Shown: in pieces, positions 49,638 to 60,775 of the stretch | Layout: each line of letters opens with the position of its first letter | How positions within the stretch are numbered: the stretch's first letter is position 1 | Assembly: GCA_964596615.1 (NCBI GenBank) | Contig: CAZQUN010000003.1 | Coordinates: 2,550 to 66,549, forward strand | Reading direction: 5' to 3' | Source: an uncultured Candidatus Saccharibacteria bacterium | GTDB lineage: Bacteria; Patescibacteriota; Minisyncoccia; Portnoybacterales; UBA2143 | DNA length: 64,000 nt | Made by a program: the position numbers and the translations under genes | The notes under the pieces: generated by a model | Told to the model about the DNA's origin: nothing | What the model saw: the letters and a program-made list of their open reading frames with translations, nothing else | The model's database searches: none

Positions 49638-50225
49638 TTAAATACTTTTTCTTCTAAATATCTTTTTGGCGTTGCCAAAGGTTTGACGACTAAAAAACCT
49701 TTTCTTGGCTGAAGAAGTTGAACCATATGGTTTTACCGGCGGAACTGCTCTTGCTTTTGGTAAACTCTTGTCTTTTTCTTCAACTTTCTCAATTGGTTCG
49801 GCTGCTTCAGCTGAAACTTCTATTTTGGTTTTTCTCTTTTCTTCAATTTGTTCTTCTTTTTTCTTTAAAGGCGCTTTTTTCTTTGAAACTGACGGTATTT
49901 TTTCTTCCAAAACTAATGTAACATGGCTGGTTCTTTTCAATATCTGGGCTGCCCTGCCGTAGGCTCGGGCCCGCCAACGCTTAAGAGTTGGTCCCGGGTC
50001 AACTAAAACACCGGCGATGTAGAGATTATCTTTTTCCAGTCCGCTGTTATGCTGAGCATTAGCCATAGCTGAATTCAAAAGTTTTAAAATTGGCTGGGCT
50101 GCTCTTTTGCTTGAAAACTTCAATTGCTCCTGAGCTTTGAGAGTATCCAAACCCCTAATCAGATCAGTGACCAATCTGACTTTTCTCGGTGATATTCTTA
50201 AATGTCTTAATTTGGCCGTAATCAT
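49638..50225 (-). CDS. rplV: 50S ribosomal protein L22 with a long C-terminal extension
   Basis: SPRKVRLV, SAMANA, RAYGRA, KRTSH; ~85 extra residues ending in KKIFRRKSI. Confidence 0.96.
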   Translation of the reverse strand: MITAKLRHLRISPRKVRLVTDLIRGLDTLKAQEQLKFSSKRAAQPILKLLNSAMANAQHNSGLEKDNLYIAGVLVDPGPTLKRWRARAYGRAAQILKRTSHVTLVLEEKIPSVSKKKAPLKKKEEQIEEKRKTKIEVSAEAAEPIEKVEEKDKSLPKARAVPPVKPYGSTSSAKKRFFSRQTFGNAKKIFRRKSI

Positions 50226-50227
50226 AG

Positions 50228-50533
50228 CTATTTCCCAGCTCCTTTCTGTTTAGCAGCGATTTCCTGTTCTTTTTGTATTTTGCCGCCGTGTCTAACGAAT
50301 TTCCGAGTCGGGGAAAATTCACCTAACTTATGACCAACCATATCCTCGCTGATAAAAACAGTGATATGTTCTTTGCCATTATGAACGCCGAAGGTATAGC
50401 CGACCATTTCCGGAGTAATTGAACAGGCCCGCGACCATGTTTTAATAACGGTCTTGTCGCCGGATTTTAAATTGGATATTTTTTTTAGTAATTTCGGGTC
50501 AACGTAGGGACCCTTTTTTAGACTTCTGCTCAT
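50228..50533 (-). CDS. rpsS: 30S ribosomal protein S19
   Basis: [20 protein letters not shown]. Confidence 0.98.
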   Translation of the reverse strand: MSRSLKKGPYVDPKLLKKISNLKSGDKTVIKTWSRACSITPEMVGYTFGVHNGKEHITVFISEDMVGHKLGEFSPTRKFVRHGGKIQKEQEIAAKQKGAGK

Positions 50534-51375
50534 TTTTTCTTTTTCTTTTTAACTCTTCTTTTAATAATCAACTTGCTGCTAATTTTTTTTCTTCTGGTCT
50601 TAACTCCATAAGCTAATTTACCCCAGGGTGTTTTTGGCCCCTTTCTTAAACCAATTGATTGCCGGTTTTCTCCGCCGCCATGAGGATGGTCAGCCGGATT
50701 CATAGCTGAACCCCTGACAGTTGGCCGGCGACCGAGCCAGCGACTCCGTCCGGCTTTACCGATAACAACGGTACCATGCTCTATATTACTCAACTGACCA
50801 ATACTGGCAAAACACTTATCCTGAACTAATCTTATCTCGCCGGAAGACATTTTTAACTGGGTATAGCCATTATCATGAGACATAACCTGAAGATAATTAC
50901 CGGCGCTTCGAGCTATTTGACCGCCCTTCATAGGCATTAGCTCAGCGTTATAGACCTGAGTTCCGGGAGAAATATTAATTAAATGCATCCGATTGCCAAT
51001 TTTAGGAGAAGTTTTTTCCTGGCAAACTATATTCTGTCCTTTTTTTAATCCTTCCGGGGCAAGAATATATCTTTTTTCCCCGTCCTGGTAATGAAGAAGG
51101 GCGATAAAAGCGGTTCGATTCGGGTCATATTCAACGGAAGCAACCTTAGCAGGAATACCCAACTTATCATGTCTCTTGAAATCAATCAATCGATATTTCC
51201 TCTTATGACCGCCGCCCTTGTGCCTGGTTGTTATCCGGCCACGATAACCCCGGCCAGATTTCTTGTTTAACTTCTTAGTTAATTTCCTTTCTGGCTTTTT
51301 CTTGTTTAGAGAAGAATAGTCAACTGATGTCATTCCTCTTCTTCCCGGGCTGGTTGGCTTATGTCTTTTAATCAT
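50530..51375 (-). CDS. rplB: 50S ribosomal protein L2
   Basis: [32 protein letters not shown]. Confidence 0.98.
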   Translation of the reverse strand: MIKRHKPTSPGRRGMTSVDYSSLNKKKPERKLTKKLNKKSGRGYRGRITTRHKGGGHKRKYRLIDFKRHDKLGIPAKVASVEYDPNRTAFIALLHYQDGEKRYILAPEGLKKGQNIVCQEKTSPKIGNRMHLINISPGTQVYNAELMPMKGGQIARSAGNYLQVMSHDNGYTQLKMSSGEIRLVQDKCFASIGQLSNIEHGTVVIGKAGRSRWLGRRPTVRGSAMNPADHPHGGGENRQSIGLRKGPKTPWGKLAYGVKTRRKKISSKLIIKRRVKKKKKK

Positions 51376-51376
51376 A

Positions 51377-51808
51377 TTATCTTGGCAATAACTCTATTTT
51401 ATCCCCTTCTCTTAGGGTAACAATTGCTTTTTTAAATCCTTTTTTTAACCCATGTCTGAAACCCTGGCTTCTGCCCAATCTTCTCTTCTTTGGCGCTGAA
51501 TGAACAATATGGACATTTTCAACCTTAACTCCGTAAAGAGATTGAACAACTTTCTTAACTTCCGTCTTATTAGCCCTCGGGTAAATCCGGAAAACATATT
51601 TGTTCTTTTCAGCCAGAAAAGCAGCTTTTTCTGTAATATGGGGTCTTTTAATAATCCGGTAGGCGTTGAGGGCTTCTTTTTGACTAATTTTTACTTCTGG
51701 TTTTGCTTTCTTCTCTTTTTCTGGTTTTTGAGGGACTTTCAAAGCCGCCTTCTTTTTAACAGGTTTTTCCTCTTCTTTCTTTTTTTTGAATCTATCGAGT
51801 AAGGCCAT
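51377..51808 (-). CDS. rplW: 50S ribosomal protein L23 with a Lys-rich N-terminal extension
   Basis: PHITEKA, ANKTEVK, KKAIVTL. Confidence 0.95.
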   Translation of the reverse strand: MALLDRFKKKKEEEKPVKKKAALKVPQKPEKEKKAKPEVKISQKEALNAYRIIKRPHITEKAAFLAEKNKYVFRIYPRANKTEVKKVVQSLYGVKVENVHIVHSAPKKRRLGRSQGFRHGLKKGFKKAIVTLREGDKIELLPR

Positions 51809-52448
51809 ATGTCTTTTTAATCACTTTAATTACATCATCAGGTGATAAAATCATTAAATACCGATGGGATAAGATATCTAGAATATTTAAATTATCCGCT
51901 CCGATTACTTTAATTCTTGGGATATTGCGGCTAACCCGCGATATTTTTTCATCTTTTTTGGATGAAATGATTAACATCCCTTTGTTCAAATCTTTTTTAA
52001 TCTTTTCTGATAGATTGATTATGAACTGGCTCATTTTTTTTGTTTTAATCTCACTAATTTCCAGATTATCAATTAAGACCAATTCTTTATCCTTAACTTT
52101 AGATGATAAAACCATACAAAGAGCTTTTCTTTTTACTTTCCTATTAACCTTCTTGGAAAAAACTCTTTCTTTGGTTGGCCCGAAGGTTACTCCGCCGCCC
52201 TTCCAGATTGGTGAACGGATTGAACCGTGCCTGGCTCGGCCGGTTCCCTTTTGCCGCCAGGGCTTTCTGCCGCCGCCTCTTTTCTCGCTTCTATCTTTAG
52301 TATGGGCAATGGCTTTTCTTGAATTAGCCATTTGGGCGACAGCCGCCTGGTGAACTAAATCATTATTAACCTCTAATCCAAAAATCTCTTCGGGTAAATC
52401 CGTTTTTGAAACTTCTTCGCCTTTTTGATTATAGACTATTTCTTTCAT
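51792..52448 (-). CDS. rplD: 50S ribosomal protein L4
   Basis: GGGRKPWRQKGTGRARHGS, GGVTFGP. Confidence 0.98.
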   Translation of the reverse strand: MKEIVYNQKGEEVSKTDLPEEIFGLEVNNDLVHQAAVAQMANSRKAIAHTKDRSEKRGGGRKPWRQKGTGRARHGSIRSPIWKGGGVTFGPTKERVFSKKVNRKVKRKALCMVLSSKVKDKELVLIDNLEISEIKTKKMSQFIINLSEKIKKDLNKGMLIISSKKDEKISRVSRNIPRIKVIGADNLNILDILSHRYLMILSPDDVIKVIKKTYGLTR

Positions 52449-53194
52449 TTTTCTTGTTCTGGTTTATCTTCTTTCTTTTCTTCCTTTTTGCCGCCTTTCT
52501 TTTCCTGGGCTTCTTTTTCCATTTGCTCTAAAGCAGCAATGGTTTTTTCCTGCTCCTCTTCTTGAACAGTCTCAATTTCTTTGGTTGTAATAATCTCCAA
52601 AAGGGTTTCCTTTCTTCCTGGGATTGCTCCTTTGATAGCCAAAAGATTTTCTTCCTCATCAATCTGGGCGATTTTTAATCCATCAACTGTTATTCGGTCG
52701 TTTCCCATCCGTCCGGCCATTTTCTTGCCCTTGAAAACTCTTTGAGGAAAAGCTGAACCAATTGAACCAGGCGCTCTTAAACCGTGCTTTGTTCCATGAG
52801 ATGCTGGAAAGCCGGAGAAGCCATGTCTTTTGACTACTCCCTGGAATCCTTTTCCTTTGGAAATTCCGGAAACGCGGACTATTTCCCCCTGATTAAAAAT
52901 TGAGACCTTGATAATATCATTGATTTTCAAATCGCTGTTTTTAAATTCTTTTAAATAGCGGTAATTCTTTTTTAGGCCGGCTTTTTTAAAATGCCCCTTT
53001 TGGGGCTTTCTGACATTCTTTTCCTTAATATTATCAAAACCAATCTGAACCGCAGAATAGCCGTCCTTTTCCTCTGTTTTAACAGAAACAACCGGACAAG
53101 GCCCAGCCTCAACTAAGGTCACTGGAACAACTTGACCGTTTTCATCAAAAATCTGACTCATACCAATTTTTTTACCTAATATGAATTTTGCCAT
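52445..53194 (-). CDS. rplC: 50S ribosomal protein L3 with a charged C-terminal extension
   Basis: GKKIGMSQ, DGYSAVQ, SKGKGFQG, GSIG, MAGRMG. Confidence 0.98.
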   Translation of the reverse strand: MAKFILGKKIGMSQIFDENGQVVPVTLVEAGPCPVVSVKTEEKDGYSAVQIGFDNIKEKNVRKPQKGHFKKAGLKKNYRYLKEFKNSDLKINDIIKVSIFNQGEIVRVSGISKGKGFQGVVKRHGFSGFPASHGTKHGLRAPGSIGSAFPQRVFKGKKMAGRMGNDRITVDGLKIAQIDEEENLLAIKGAIPGRKETLLEIITTKEIETVQEEEQEKTIAALEQMEKEAQEKKGGKKEEKKEDKPEQEK

Positions 53195-53420
53195 ATTTAT
53201 CTAAATTTTCGAGTCATTTTGACAAAGAAAATTTAGTTTTAAATCTGAGCACCCCGCCCCCTATGCCCTAACAAAGACTAAAGAGTAAAAGTTAGAATCT
53301 AGGGGGCGGGGTAAAGGTTTTGTAATCCCGACTTAAAGTCGGGAACAAAGCCCTTTACAAGTAAAAACCGGGGACTGTCCCCGGTTAAAAGAAAACTAAT
53401 CCCTGTCATCCAATCGTGCG
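53195..53420 (-). other. Highly structured 226-nt rpsJ-rplC spacer
   Basis: Inverted repeats accccgccccc/gggggcggggt, ttgt..tcccgac/gtcggga..acaa, aaccggg/cccggtt. Confidence 0.55.
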
Positions 53421-53753
53421 TTACATCATTTTAATTTCAACATCAACGCCTGCCGGAAGACTTAATTCCATCAAAGAGTCAATTACCTTTGCTCCAGGAT
53501 TGATAATATCAATTAATCTCTTATGAACTCTCATTTCGTATTGCTCGCGAGAATCCTTATGGACAAAAGTAGAACGATTGACGGTATATTTATGAATCTC
53601 AGTCGGTAAGGGAACTGGTCCGACAATATCTGCTCCATAACGATTAACTACTTCGATAATCTGTTTTACCGACTGGTCAATAAGTTTGTGATCGTATGCC
53701 TGGATTCGGATACGAATTTTCTGCTTAATATCTTCTTCTTTTTTAGGTGCCAT
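53421..53753 (-). CDS. rpsJ: 30S ribosomal protein S10
   Basis: [38 protein letters not shown]. Confidence 0.98.
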   Translation of the reverse strand: MAPKKEEDIKQKIRIRIQAYDHKLIDQSVKQIIEVVNRYGADIVGPVPLPTEIHKYTVNRSTFVHKDSREQYEMRVHKRLIDIINPGAKVIDSLMELSLPAGVDVEIKMM

Positions 53754-53835
53754 CTTTAATTTATCCTAGTTTCAACCCCGCCATCTGCCTAAGGGCAAAG
53801 GCGGGGCTGATAAAATTCCACCTTAAGACAAGGAA

Positions 53836-55035
53836 TTACTTGATTATTTTAGTAACTACACCAGCGCCAACTGTCTTTCCGCCTTCCCTGATAGCAAATC
53901 GCTGTTTGGCTTCCAGAGCAACCGGTGAAGTCAGTTTAACCTTAAGATTGACTGTATCGCCCGGCATAACCATCTCGGTTCCTTCCGGTAGAGTAACTTC
54001 TCCGGTAACATCGGTTGTTCTAATGTAGAATTGAGGCTTGTATCCCTTAAAGAATGGAGTGTGTCTTCCACCTTCCTCTTTGGAGAGAACGTAAATCTCG
54101 CCTTCAAATTCCTGATGAGGAGTGACTGAACCCGGTTTAACCAGAACCTGACCTCTTTCAATATCTTCTCTTTTAAGACCCCTTAAAAGAATGCCGGCGT
54201 TGTCTCCAGCTTGTCCTTCTTCAAGAGACTTGTTAAACATCTCTATTCCGGTGACAACTGTCTTCTGGGTATCTTTCATTCCGACAATTTCAATCTCATC
54301 ATTAATTTTAAGTCTACCTCTTTCAATCCGGCCGGTAGCAACCGTTCCTCGTCCTTCAATTGAAAAGACATCCTCAACCGGCATTAAGAAATCCTCGTCA
54401 ACCGGACGGGTTGGCTCGGAAATATGCTCATCAGCTTTTTTCATTAATTCCAGGATTGGACCGCATTTTGAACAATCATCTTTACCGCAACCGCATTCAA
54501 GAGCCTGAAGGGCTGAACCGCGAACAATGGGAATATTTTCCCCATCATACTCGTATTTGCTCAAAAGTTCTCTAATTTCCTGTTCAACCAAGTCAACTAA
54601 CTCGGGGTCATCAGCCTGGTCAACCTTGTTCAAAAAGACAATCAAGGCCGGCAGACCAACCTGGCGGGCCAAGAGAATATGTTCTCTTGTCTGCGGCATT
54701 GCTCCATCAGGCGCCGAAACAACTAAAATTGCTCCGTCCATCTGAGCAGCGCCGGTAATCATGTTTTTGATGTAGTCAGCATGACCCGGACAGTCAATAT
54801 GGGCATAGTGCCTTTTCTCTGTCTCGTATTCAACATGAGAGACAGCAATAGTCAAACCCCGCTCCTTTTCTTCCGGAGCGTTATCAATCTGATCAACATT
54901 CTTGCTTTGGGCAGTAAAACCGGCAGCAGCCAAACACTTTAAAATGGCAGCTGTTAAAGTGGTCTTACCATGGTCAACATGACCAATTGTCCCGATGTTG
55001 ATGTGTGGTTTTGTTCTTTCGAATTTTTCAGCCAT
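53836..55035 (-). CDS. tuf: Elongation factor Tu
   Basis: [38 protein letters not shown]. Confidence 0.99.
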   Translation of the reverse strand: MAEKFERTKPHINIGTIGHVDHGKTTLTAAILKCLAAAGFTAQSKNVDQIDNAPEEKERGLTIAVSHVEYETEKRHYAHIDCPGHADYIKNMITGAAQMDGAILVVSAPDGAMPQTREHILLARQVGLPALIVFLNKVDQADDPELVDLVEQEIRELLSKYEYDGENIPIVRGSALQALECGCGKDDCSKCGPILELMKKADEHISEPTRPVDEDFLMPVEDVFSIEGRGTVATGRIERGRLKINDEIEIVGMKDTQKTVVTGIEMFNKSLEEGQAGDNAGILLRGLKREDIERGQVLVKPGSVTPHQEFEGEIYVLSKEEGGRHTPFFKGYKPQFYIRTTDVTGEVTLPEGTEMVMPGDTVNLKVKLTSPVALEAKQRFAIREGGKTVGAGVVTKIIK

Positions 55036-55177
55036 AATGGCACTTTACAAAAAATATTAGATAAAAGACAACAAAAAACTCAATTGGCTCCTATCCAAAA
55101 TTTCTTGCTAATATTAATATATTTATTTGTCTTTCTTATAAACAAATCTTACAAAAAATATTTTGAATAGTCAATAC

Positions 55178-55405
55178 CTAAAAAGGCAAATCTTCAACTC
55201 TGACTTCCTGATTTTCTGGCTGTGTCATTTCAACCTCCTGCTTTTCCTCGGATTCTTCAGCTTTGAGATGGTCAATATCGCGATTAACCTTTTCGGTTTC
55301 ATCGCCGTTCTCTAGTTTCTTAACCAGATAGGACGGCTGACCTTCTTCTATTATGATACACTGATCTCCCTCCTTTTGCAAGATTCTTTTTATTTTATCC
55401 CACAT
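55178..55405 (-). CDS. Small acidic hypothetical protein between fusA and tuf
   Basis: MWDKIKRILQKEGDQCIIIEEGQPSYLV...VEDLPF; ATG 1 nt after the fusA stop, GGAGGG RBS. Confidence 0.7.
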   Translation of the reverse strand: MWDKIKRILQKEGDQCIIIEEGQPSYLVKKLENGDETEKVNRDIDHLKAEESEEKQEVEMTQPENQEVRVEDLPF

Positions 55406-55406
55406 A

Positions 55407-57512
55407 TTATTTCTCCCCTCCAATTATTTCCTCAGCAATGTTTTTAGGAACCTCGGCGTAATGGTCAAATTCCATGGTGAAATTGGCTCGTCCCTGGCTC
55501 ATTGAACGCAACTGAGTTGCATAACCAAACATGCTTGCCAGAGGAACCTTGGCATCAATAACCTTGGTTTTGTTGACCCCTTCACCCCGGTCTTCCATTT
55601 TTTCAATCCGACCTCTTTTGGCATTCAAATCGCCAACAATGTCACCCATAAATTGTTCCGGGGTAACGACTTCCAGTTTCATAACCGGTTCTAAGATAAT
55701 TGGGTCAGATCTTTTAACTGCCTCCTGAAGAGCAAGCGAACCGGCAATCTTAAAAGCCGCCTCTGATGAATCAACTTCATGAAAAGAGCCATCGTAAAGG
55801 GTTGCCTTGATATCAACTAAAGGATAACCGGCCAGAATACCTTTGTCGAGTGCTTCTTTAATACCTTTTTCAACAGCCGGAATATATTCCTGGGGAATAA
55901 CGCCGCCTTTAATTTTATCAATAAATTCAAATCCCTGACCCTGTTCCTGGGGTTCGGTCTTTATCCAGACATGACCATATTGGCCTCGACCACCGGTCTG
56001 CTTAATATATTTCCCTTCGGCTTCAGCAGTTCCTTTAATTGTTTCTTTGTAAGCAACTTGGGGTTTGCCAATATTGGCCTCAACGCTGAATTCCCTCAGC
56101 ATCCGGTCAACCAGAACTTCTAAATGAAGCTCGCCCATGCCGGAAATGATGGTCTGGCCGGTTTCCGGGTCGCCTTTAACCTGAAAGGTTGGGTCTTCTT
56201 CTGCCAATCGCCTTAAAGCCAAAGCCATTTTCTCCTGGTCAGCTTTGGTTTTGGGCTCAATCGCGATAGAAATAACCGGTTCAGGAAACTCAATCTTTTC
56301 TAAAATGACCGGGTGGTCAGTATCAGTTAATGTATTGCCGGTTGTTGTTCCTTTCAAACCGACAATAGCAGCAATATCTCCGGCGTAAATTTCCTTGACT
56401 TCTTCCCTCTTATTGGCATGCATCCGGACAATTCGGCCAACTCTTTCTTTTTTGTTGGTCGTAGCGTTTAAAATGTAGGAGCCGCTTTCAAGTGTGCCGG
56501 AATAGGTTCTGAAATATGTTAATTGGCCGACATAGGGATCAGTCGCAACCTTAAAAGCCAAGGCAGAAAAAGGAGCATCATCCTTAGTCTCCCGAACAAC
56601 TTCTTTTTCGGTCTTAGGCTCAATTCCTTTAACAGCTGGTAAATCAATTGGTGAAGGAAGGTAGTTAATGATGGCGTCTAGAAGAGTTTCAACAATTACT
56701 CCCCGTCCATCACCGCTAAAGACCGGAAAGAAATTTCCGGCCAAAGTGCTTTTTCTGATGGCTTGAACAAATTCGTCTTCTGAAATCTCTTTTCCATCCA
56801 GATATTTCTCAGCCAGTTTATCATCTATTTCAATCGCCTTTTCAAGCAATTCATTTCTGTATTTCTCCGCCTTTTCCTTTAAATCATCCGGAATTTCTTC
56901 TTCAGTTAGTTCCTTGTCATGGAAATCCTTGTAAAGATAGGCTTTCATTTTAACTAAATCAACTACACCAGAAATATCCTTTTCAAAGCCAATTGGCAAC
57001 TGGACCGGGAATGCGTTAGAGCTTAATCTTTCTCTGACAGAATCCAGGCTTTTGTAAAAATCTCCGCCAGTTTGGTTAATTTTATTAATAAAGCACATTC
57101 GGGGAACGCCGAACTTGTCTGCCTGGCGCCAGACTGTCTCTGACTGGGGCTCAACTCCCATTTTGCCGTCAAAAACAACAACCGCCCCGTCTAAAACCCT
57201 TAAAGAACGCTGGACCTCAGCCGTAAAATCAATATGGCCCGGGGTATCGATAATATTAATTTTGTATTCATCCTCGTTCGGATAATGTTTGGCTTTCCAG
57301 AAACAAGTTGTGGCCGCAGAGGTAATGGTAATTCCTCTTTCCCTTTCCTGAGCCATCCAGTCCATCTGGGTATCGCCCTCGTGAACTGCCCCAATCTTAT
57401 GTGTTCTCCCGGTTAAATACAAAACACCCTCCGTTACCGTAGTCTTTCCGGCATCAATATGGGCAATGATGCCAATGTTTCTGGTTTTCTCTAATGAATA
57501 TTTTCTCGGCAT
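55407..57512 (-). CDS. fusA: Elongation factor G
   Basis: [37 protein letters not shown]. Confidence 0.99.
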   Translation of the reverse strand: MPRKYSLEKTRNIGIIAHIDAGKTTVTEGVLYLTGRTHKIGAVHEGDTQMDWMAQERERGITITSAATTCFWKAKHYPNEDEYKINIIDTPGHIDFTAEVQRSLRVLDGAVVVFDGKMGVEPQSETVWRQADKFGVPRMCFINKINQTGGDFYKSLDSVRERLSSNAFPVQLPIGFEKDISGVVDLVKMKAYLYKDFHDKELTEEEIPDDLKEKAEKYRNELLEKAIEIDDKLAEKYLDGKEISEDEFVQAIRKSTLAGNFFPVFSGDGRGVIVETLLDAIINYLPSPIDLPAVKGIEPKTEKEVVRETKDDAPFSALAFKVATDPYVGQLTYFRTYSGTLESGSYILNATTNKKERVGRIVRMHANKREEVKEIYAGDIAAIVGLKGTTTGNTLTDTDHPVILEKIEFPEPVISIAIEPKTKADQEKMALALRRLAEEDPTFQVKGDPETGQTIISGMGELHLEVLVDRMLREFSVEANIGKPQVAYKETIKGTAEAEGKYIKQTGGRGQYGHVWIKTEPQEQGQGFEFIDKIKGGVIPQEYIPAVEKGIKEALDKGILAGYPLVDIKATLYDGSFHEVDSSEAAFKIAGSLALQEAVKRSDPIILEPVMKLEVVTPEQFMGDIVGDLNAKRGRIEKMEDRGEGVNKTKVIDAKVPLASMFGYATQLRSMSQGRANFTMEFDHYAEVPKNIAEEIIGGEK

Positions 57513-57518
57513 AACTAT

Positions 57519-57989
57519 TTACCAGCCAAAATGAGCGAAAGCCTTGTTAGCCTCAGCAATCTTATGAGTATCTTCTTTCTTCCTGACTGCTGTTCCTTCA
57601 TTCTTTGAGGCCTCAATCAATTCCCTGGCTAATTTTTCCGCCATCGGCTTTCCTTTGCCTGATTTAGCGGCTTTAATAATCCAGCGCATGGCCAGATTAA
57701 TTTTTCTTTCCCCCCGGACTTCTCTTGGAACCTGGTAACGGGCTCCGCCAATTCTTCTTGACCGAACCTCAACCAGAGGAGAAGCGTTTTTGATTGCCAA
57801 ATCAAAAACATCAAGAACTTCTTTGCCCTTGGTCTGTTTTTTAATAATATCAAAAGCCCCGTAGACAACTTTTTGAGCAGTGGATTTTTTTCCGTCTTTC
57901 ATCAAATGATTGATAAATTTAGCGACTAACTCATTGTTGTGCTTTGGGTCTGGTTTAATATCTTTTTTGTATTTTCTTTTCCTTCGCAT
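57519..57989 (-). CDS. rpsG: 30S ribosomal protein S7
   Basis: GKKSTA, RRIGGARYQVP, AEANKAFAH. Confidence 0.98.
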   Translation of the reverse strand: MRRKRKYKKDIKPDPKHNNELVAKFINHLMKDGKKSTAQKVVYGAFDIIKKQTKGKEVLDVFDLAIKNASPLVEVRSRRIGGARYQVPREVRGERKINLAMRWIIKAAKSGKGKPMAEKLARELIEASKNEGTAVRKKEDTHKIAEANKAFAHFGW

Positions 57990-57991
57990 AA

Positions 57992-58483
57992 TTATTCAGC
58001 TGGTTTTTCCTCGGCTGGTTCAGAAACAGCTTCAGGCGCGGCTTCTTCGCCGCTACTTGCCGGAGCTTTACCAGATTTTTGTTTTTTAGCTCCATATTTG
58101 CTTCTTTTCTGCCTTCTGCCTTCAACTCCAGAAGTGTCTAAAACACCCCGGACAACATGGTAGCGAACACCGGGTAAATCCTTAACTCTTCCGCCCCGGA
58201 TCATGACAACGGAGTGTTCTTGTAAATTATGTCCCTCGCCGGGAATATAGGCGGTAACTTCCATGCCGTTGGTTAAACGGATTCGGGCAACCTTTCTTAA
58301 AGCCGAATTCGGCTTTTTTGGAGTAACGGTATAGACCTTGGTACAGACCCCTCTTTTAAAAGGTGAAGAATATTTGGTTGGCCGGTTCTTTTTTAAATTA
58401 AAACCGCGCCGTAGAGCTGGCGCTTTCGGTTTTGCTTTAGGAGCCTGTCTTTTTCTTTTAACTAATTGATGAATTGTTGGCAT
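57992..58483 (-). CDS. rpsL: 30S ribosomal protein S12 with an Ala/Glu/Pro-rich C-terminal tail
   Basis: [32 protein letters not shown]. Confidence 0.98.
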   Translation of the reverse strand: MPTIHQLVKRKRQAPKAKPKAPALRRGFNLKKNRPTKYSSPFKRGVCTKVYTVTPKKPNSALRKVARIRLTNGMEVTAYIPGEGHNLQEHSVVMIRGGRVKDLPGVRYHVVRGVLDTSGVEGRRQKRSKYGAKKQKSGKAPASSGEEAAPEAVSEPAEEKPAE

Positions 58484-58575
58484 TTAAATCCGGCAAGGCA
58501 CAAAAAAACAACCCGCCACTTGAATTAAGATAAGTTTAAGATAGCAGATTGTTTTATTAGTGTCAATTAAGAATC

Positions 58576-59433
58576 TCACTTTTTCATCTGCCGGATAACC
58601 CGTTGGGGAAACGGGATCTCGATTCCTTCCCGGTCAAAAGCATCCTTGATTCTTTTTCTCAACTCGCCTAAAGCGCCCCATTGTTCAAGCGGTTTGACTT
58701 CGCCAGATATCTTAATATCAACCGAAGATGCTCCAAAATTATCAACCCGAACAAATTCAGGCGCTTTTAAAATTTTGTCTTTCCATTCCGGGTCCTTAGC
58801 CATTTCCCGACCAACATTATTAACAACCTCTTTAAGCTTTTCAATATCAGTATCATAGGCAACGCCAATAACCAGATTAACCCGGGCAAATCCCTTAGTC
58901 TTATTAGTTGCAATCTTAATTTCGCCGTTGGGAATATGGTGGACTGCTCCTTCGGCATCTCTTAAAATGGTTGTTCTTAAATTAATGTCTTCAACGCTTC
59001 CGCAAACATCTCCAACGCAGATAACATCACCAACCCGATACTGGTTTTCCAGAATTGTGAAAAGACCGGTGAAAAAATCACGGATAATATATTGAGCGCC
59101 AAAGCCGACTGCCAAACCAATCACACCGGCCCCGGCTAAAAGCGGACCAATATTTATTCCAAATTCAGCCGCAATCATTAAGGCGGCCGCTATCCAGATA
59201 ATGACTCTAAAAGTTCCGCTGAAAACAACAATTAAAGTATCTTCTCTTTTCTTTTCTGCTTCCGGGCTAAGGAAATTATCCGGCACAACCGCTTTTCTAA
59301 TAATTTTATCAATGACAACTCCGGCGAATCGGCGGATAATATAGGCGCCGATTAAAATGAAAACAATTTTAACCCCGTGGTTAAAGAACCACGGACTCAA
59401 TCCTTGAATAAATTTTTGGATAAAATCTGACAT
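58576..59433 (-). CDS. Small-conductance mechanosensitive channel (MscS family)
   Basis: AGAGVIGLAVGFGAQ, ENQYRVGD, IPNG, GIEIPFPQR. Confidence 0.95.
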   Translation of the reverse strand: MSDFIQKFIQGLSPWFFNHGVKIVFILIGAYIIRRFAGVVIDKIIRKAVVPDNFLSPEAEKKREDTLIVVFSGTFRVIIWIAAALMIAAEFGINIGPLLAGAGVIGLAVGFGAQYIIRDFFTGLFTILENQYRVGDVICVGDVCGSVEDINLRTTILRDAEGAVHHIPNGEIKIATNKTKGFARVNLVIGVAYDTDIEKLKEVVNNVGREMAKDPEWKDKILKAPEFVRVDNFGASSVDIKISGEVKPLEQWGALGELRKRIKDAFDREGIEIPFPQRVIRQMKK

Positions 59434-60302
59434 TAATTTTTGATTTGTTCTAGTTTTACGAATAGACCGTAGTGATCTGATAAAGGAATTTTCTTTTTTG
59501 TCTTGTCAGGAGTAAACCAGATATCATCTAAGACTATTCTTGCATCAATCAACCTATATTTCTTTAAATAATCCTTTTTGTCAATAAAGATATGGTCAAC
59601 TCTTTGCGAAGGCGAAGACCTGAAAAAACCTAATTTATTAAAAATATTGTTTGAATCCCAGGTAAATTGAACTGGATCTTTTCCTTTTGCCTCTTCATCA
59701 ACAGCAAATGAATCATGGAAATCGTTTTCTATCATCTGATTATAGTTATCGATTGAGACCCGAGGACCCGCATTAAAATCGCCTGCCAGCAGATACGAAA
59801 CATTATTCTCGTCCTCTCTGACTGCCTTAATTAATTGTTCTATCTGATTCTTTCTAATTCTCTCGATATACTTGCTCTCTGGCCGGGAAAACAACCCCCT
59901 GGCTGTTGTATGAGTATTTACCAGCTTAACCTTATTTCCCAATGTGGTAGTCAGAAACCCCTTATTTAAAAATGGCCTCTCGAGATAATTGACACTATCA
60001 AACGGAGTAAACTCTTTATCAATAATCTCGCTTTTTGAAAAAGTTATCAGTCCACTTCTTGGAAATTCACGACTATCAGCAAAAGTATGATAAGGATAAT
60101 TTTCTTTTAATTGCTCGATTAAATACTCCTTATCCTCTTTAGAAAATACCTCTTGAAAAGCGATAATGTCTGGGTCTAATCTGATTACATTTTCAACAAT
60201 CTTCTCCAATCTTTGTTCTGGATATGGAATCGGTTGAAAAATTGGAATTCCTAAAAAACTGAAAGAGAGAGCAGCAACATTAATTGTTAAAATCGCAAGC
60301 AT
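59433..60302 (-). CDS. Endonuclease/exonuclease/phosphatase (EEP) family protein, sphingomyelinase-like
   Basis: TINV, DIIAFQEVF, SGL, NTH, AGDFNA, RVDHIF, SDHYG. Confidence 0.85.
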   Translation of the reverse strand: MLAILTINVAALSFSFLGIPIFQPIPYPEQRLEKIVENVIRLDPDIIAFQEVFSKEDKEYLIEQLKENYPYHTFADSREFPRSGLITFSKSEIIDKEFTPFDSVNYLERPFLNKGFLTTTLGNKVKLVNTHTTARGLFSRPESKYIERIRKNQIEQLIKAVREDENNVSYLLAGDFNAGPRVSIDNYNQMIENDFHDSFAVDEEAKGKDPVQFTWDSNNIFNKLGFFRSSPSQRVDHIFIDKKDYLKKYRLIDARIVLDDIWFTPDKTKKKIPLSDHYGLFVKLEQIKN

Positions 60303-60346
60303 ATATTCAATATACACAAAAACATGACTGATGGCAATAATCTAGG

Positions 60347-60775
60347 CTATTTCAGATTTTCTAATCTTTTATTAACAAACTTTTCTATAAAATCAACCAT
60401 TTCCTTTTTTGCTTCTGGCGGACTCTCTGCAACCCAACGAGCAAAATTATATAGCTCGGTTGTATTAGATTTAAGCCATTTATTATTTGAATGCAAAAAA
60501 ACAAACAAGGTTGTTATGGCAATCCTTTTGTTTCCATTTTTGAACGGATGGTTTTTTATTAGCAGGTAAAATAAAATAGCAGCTTTCCTCTCTAATCCTT
60601 TGTACAGATATTTCTTATTAAATTTCTGGAAAGGCGCTGCGATACAACTCTCCAAGACATTAGGATATCTGGTCTCGAAATCAGGGATTGGTTCGTCCCA
60701 ACTCATTGTCTGAACAGCAAGCTCGTGAGCAATATGCTTAATTCTCTCAATTGTAATATTTTTTATCCTACTCAT
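60347..60775 (-). CDS. Fic/Doc family toxin (death-on-curing type)
   Basis: HPFKNGNKRIA motif; KAAILFYLLIKNH. Confidence 0.9.
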   Translation of the reverse strand: MSRIKNITIERIKHIAHELAVQTMSWDEPIPDFETRYPNVLESCIAAPFQKFNKKYLYKGLERKAAILFYLLIKNHPFKNGNKRIAITTLFVFLHSNNKWLKSNTTELYNFARWVAESPPEAKKEMVDFIEKFVNKRLENLK

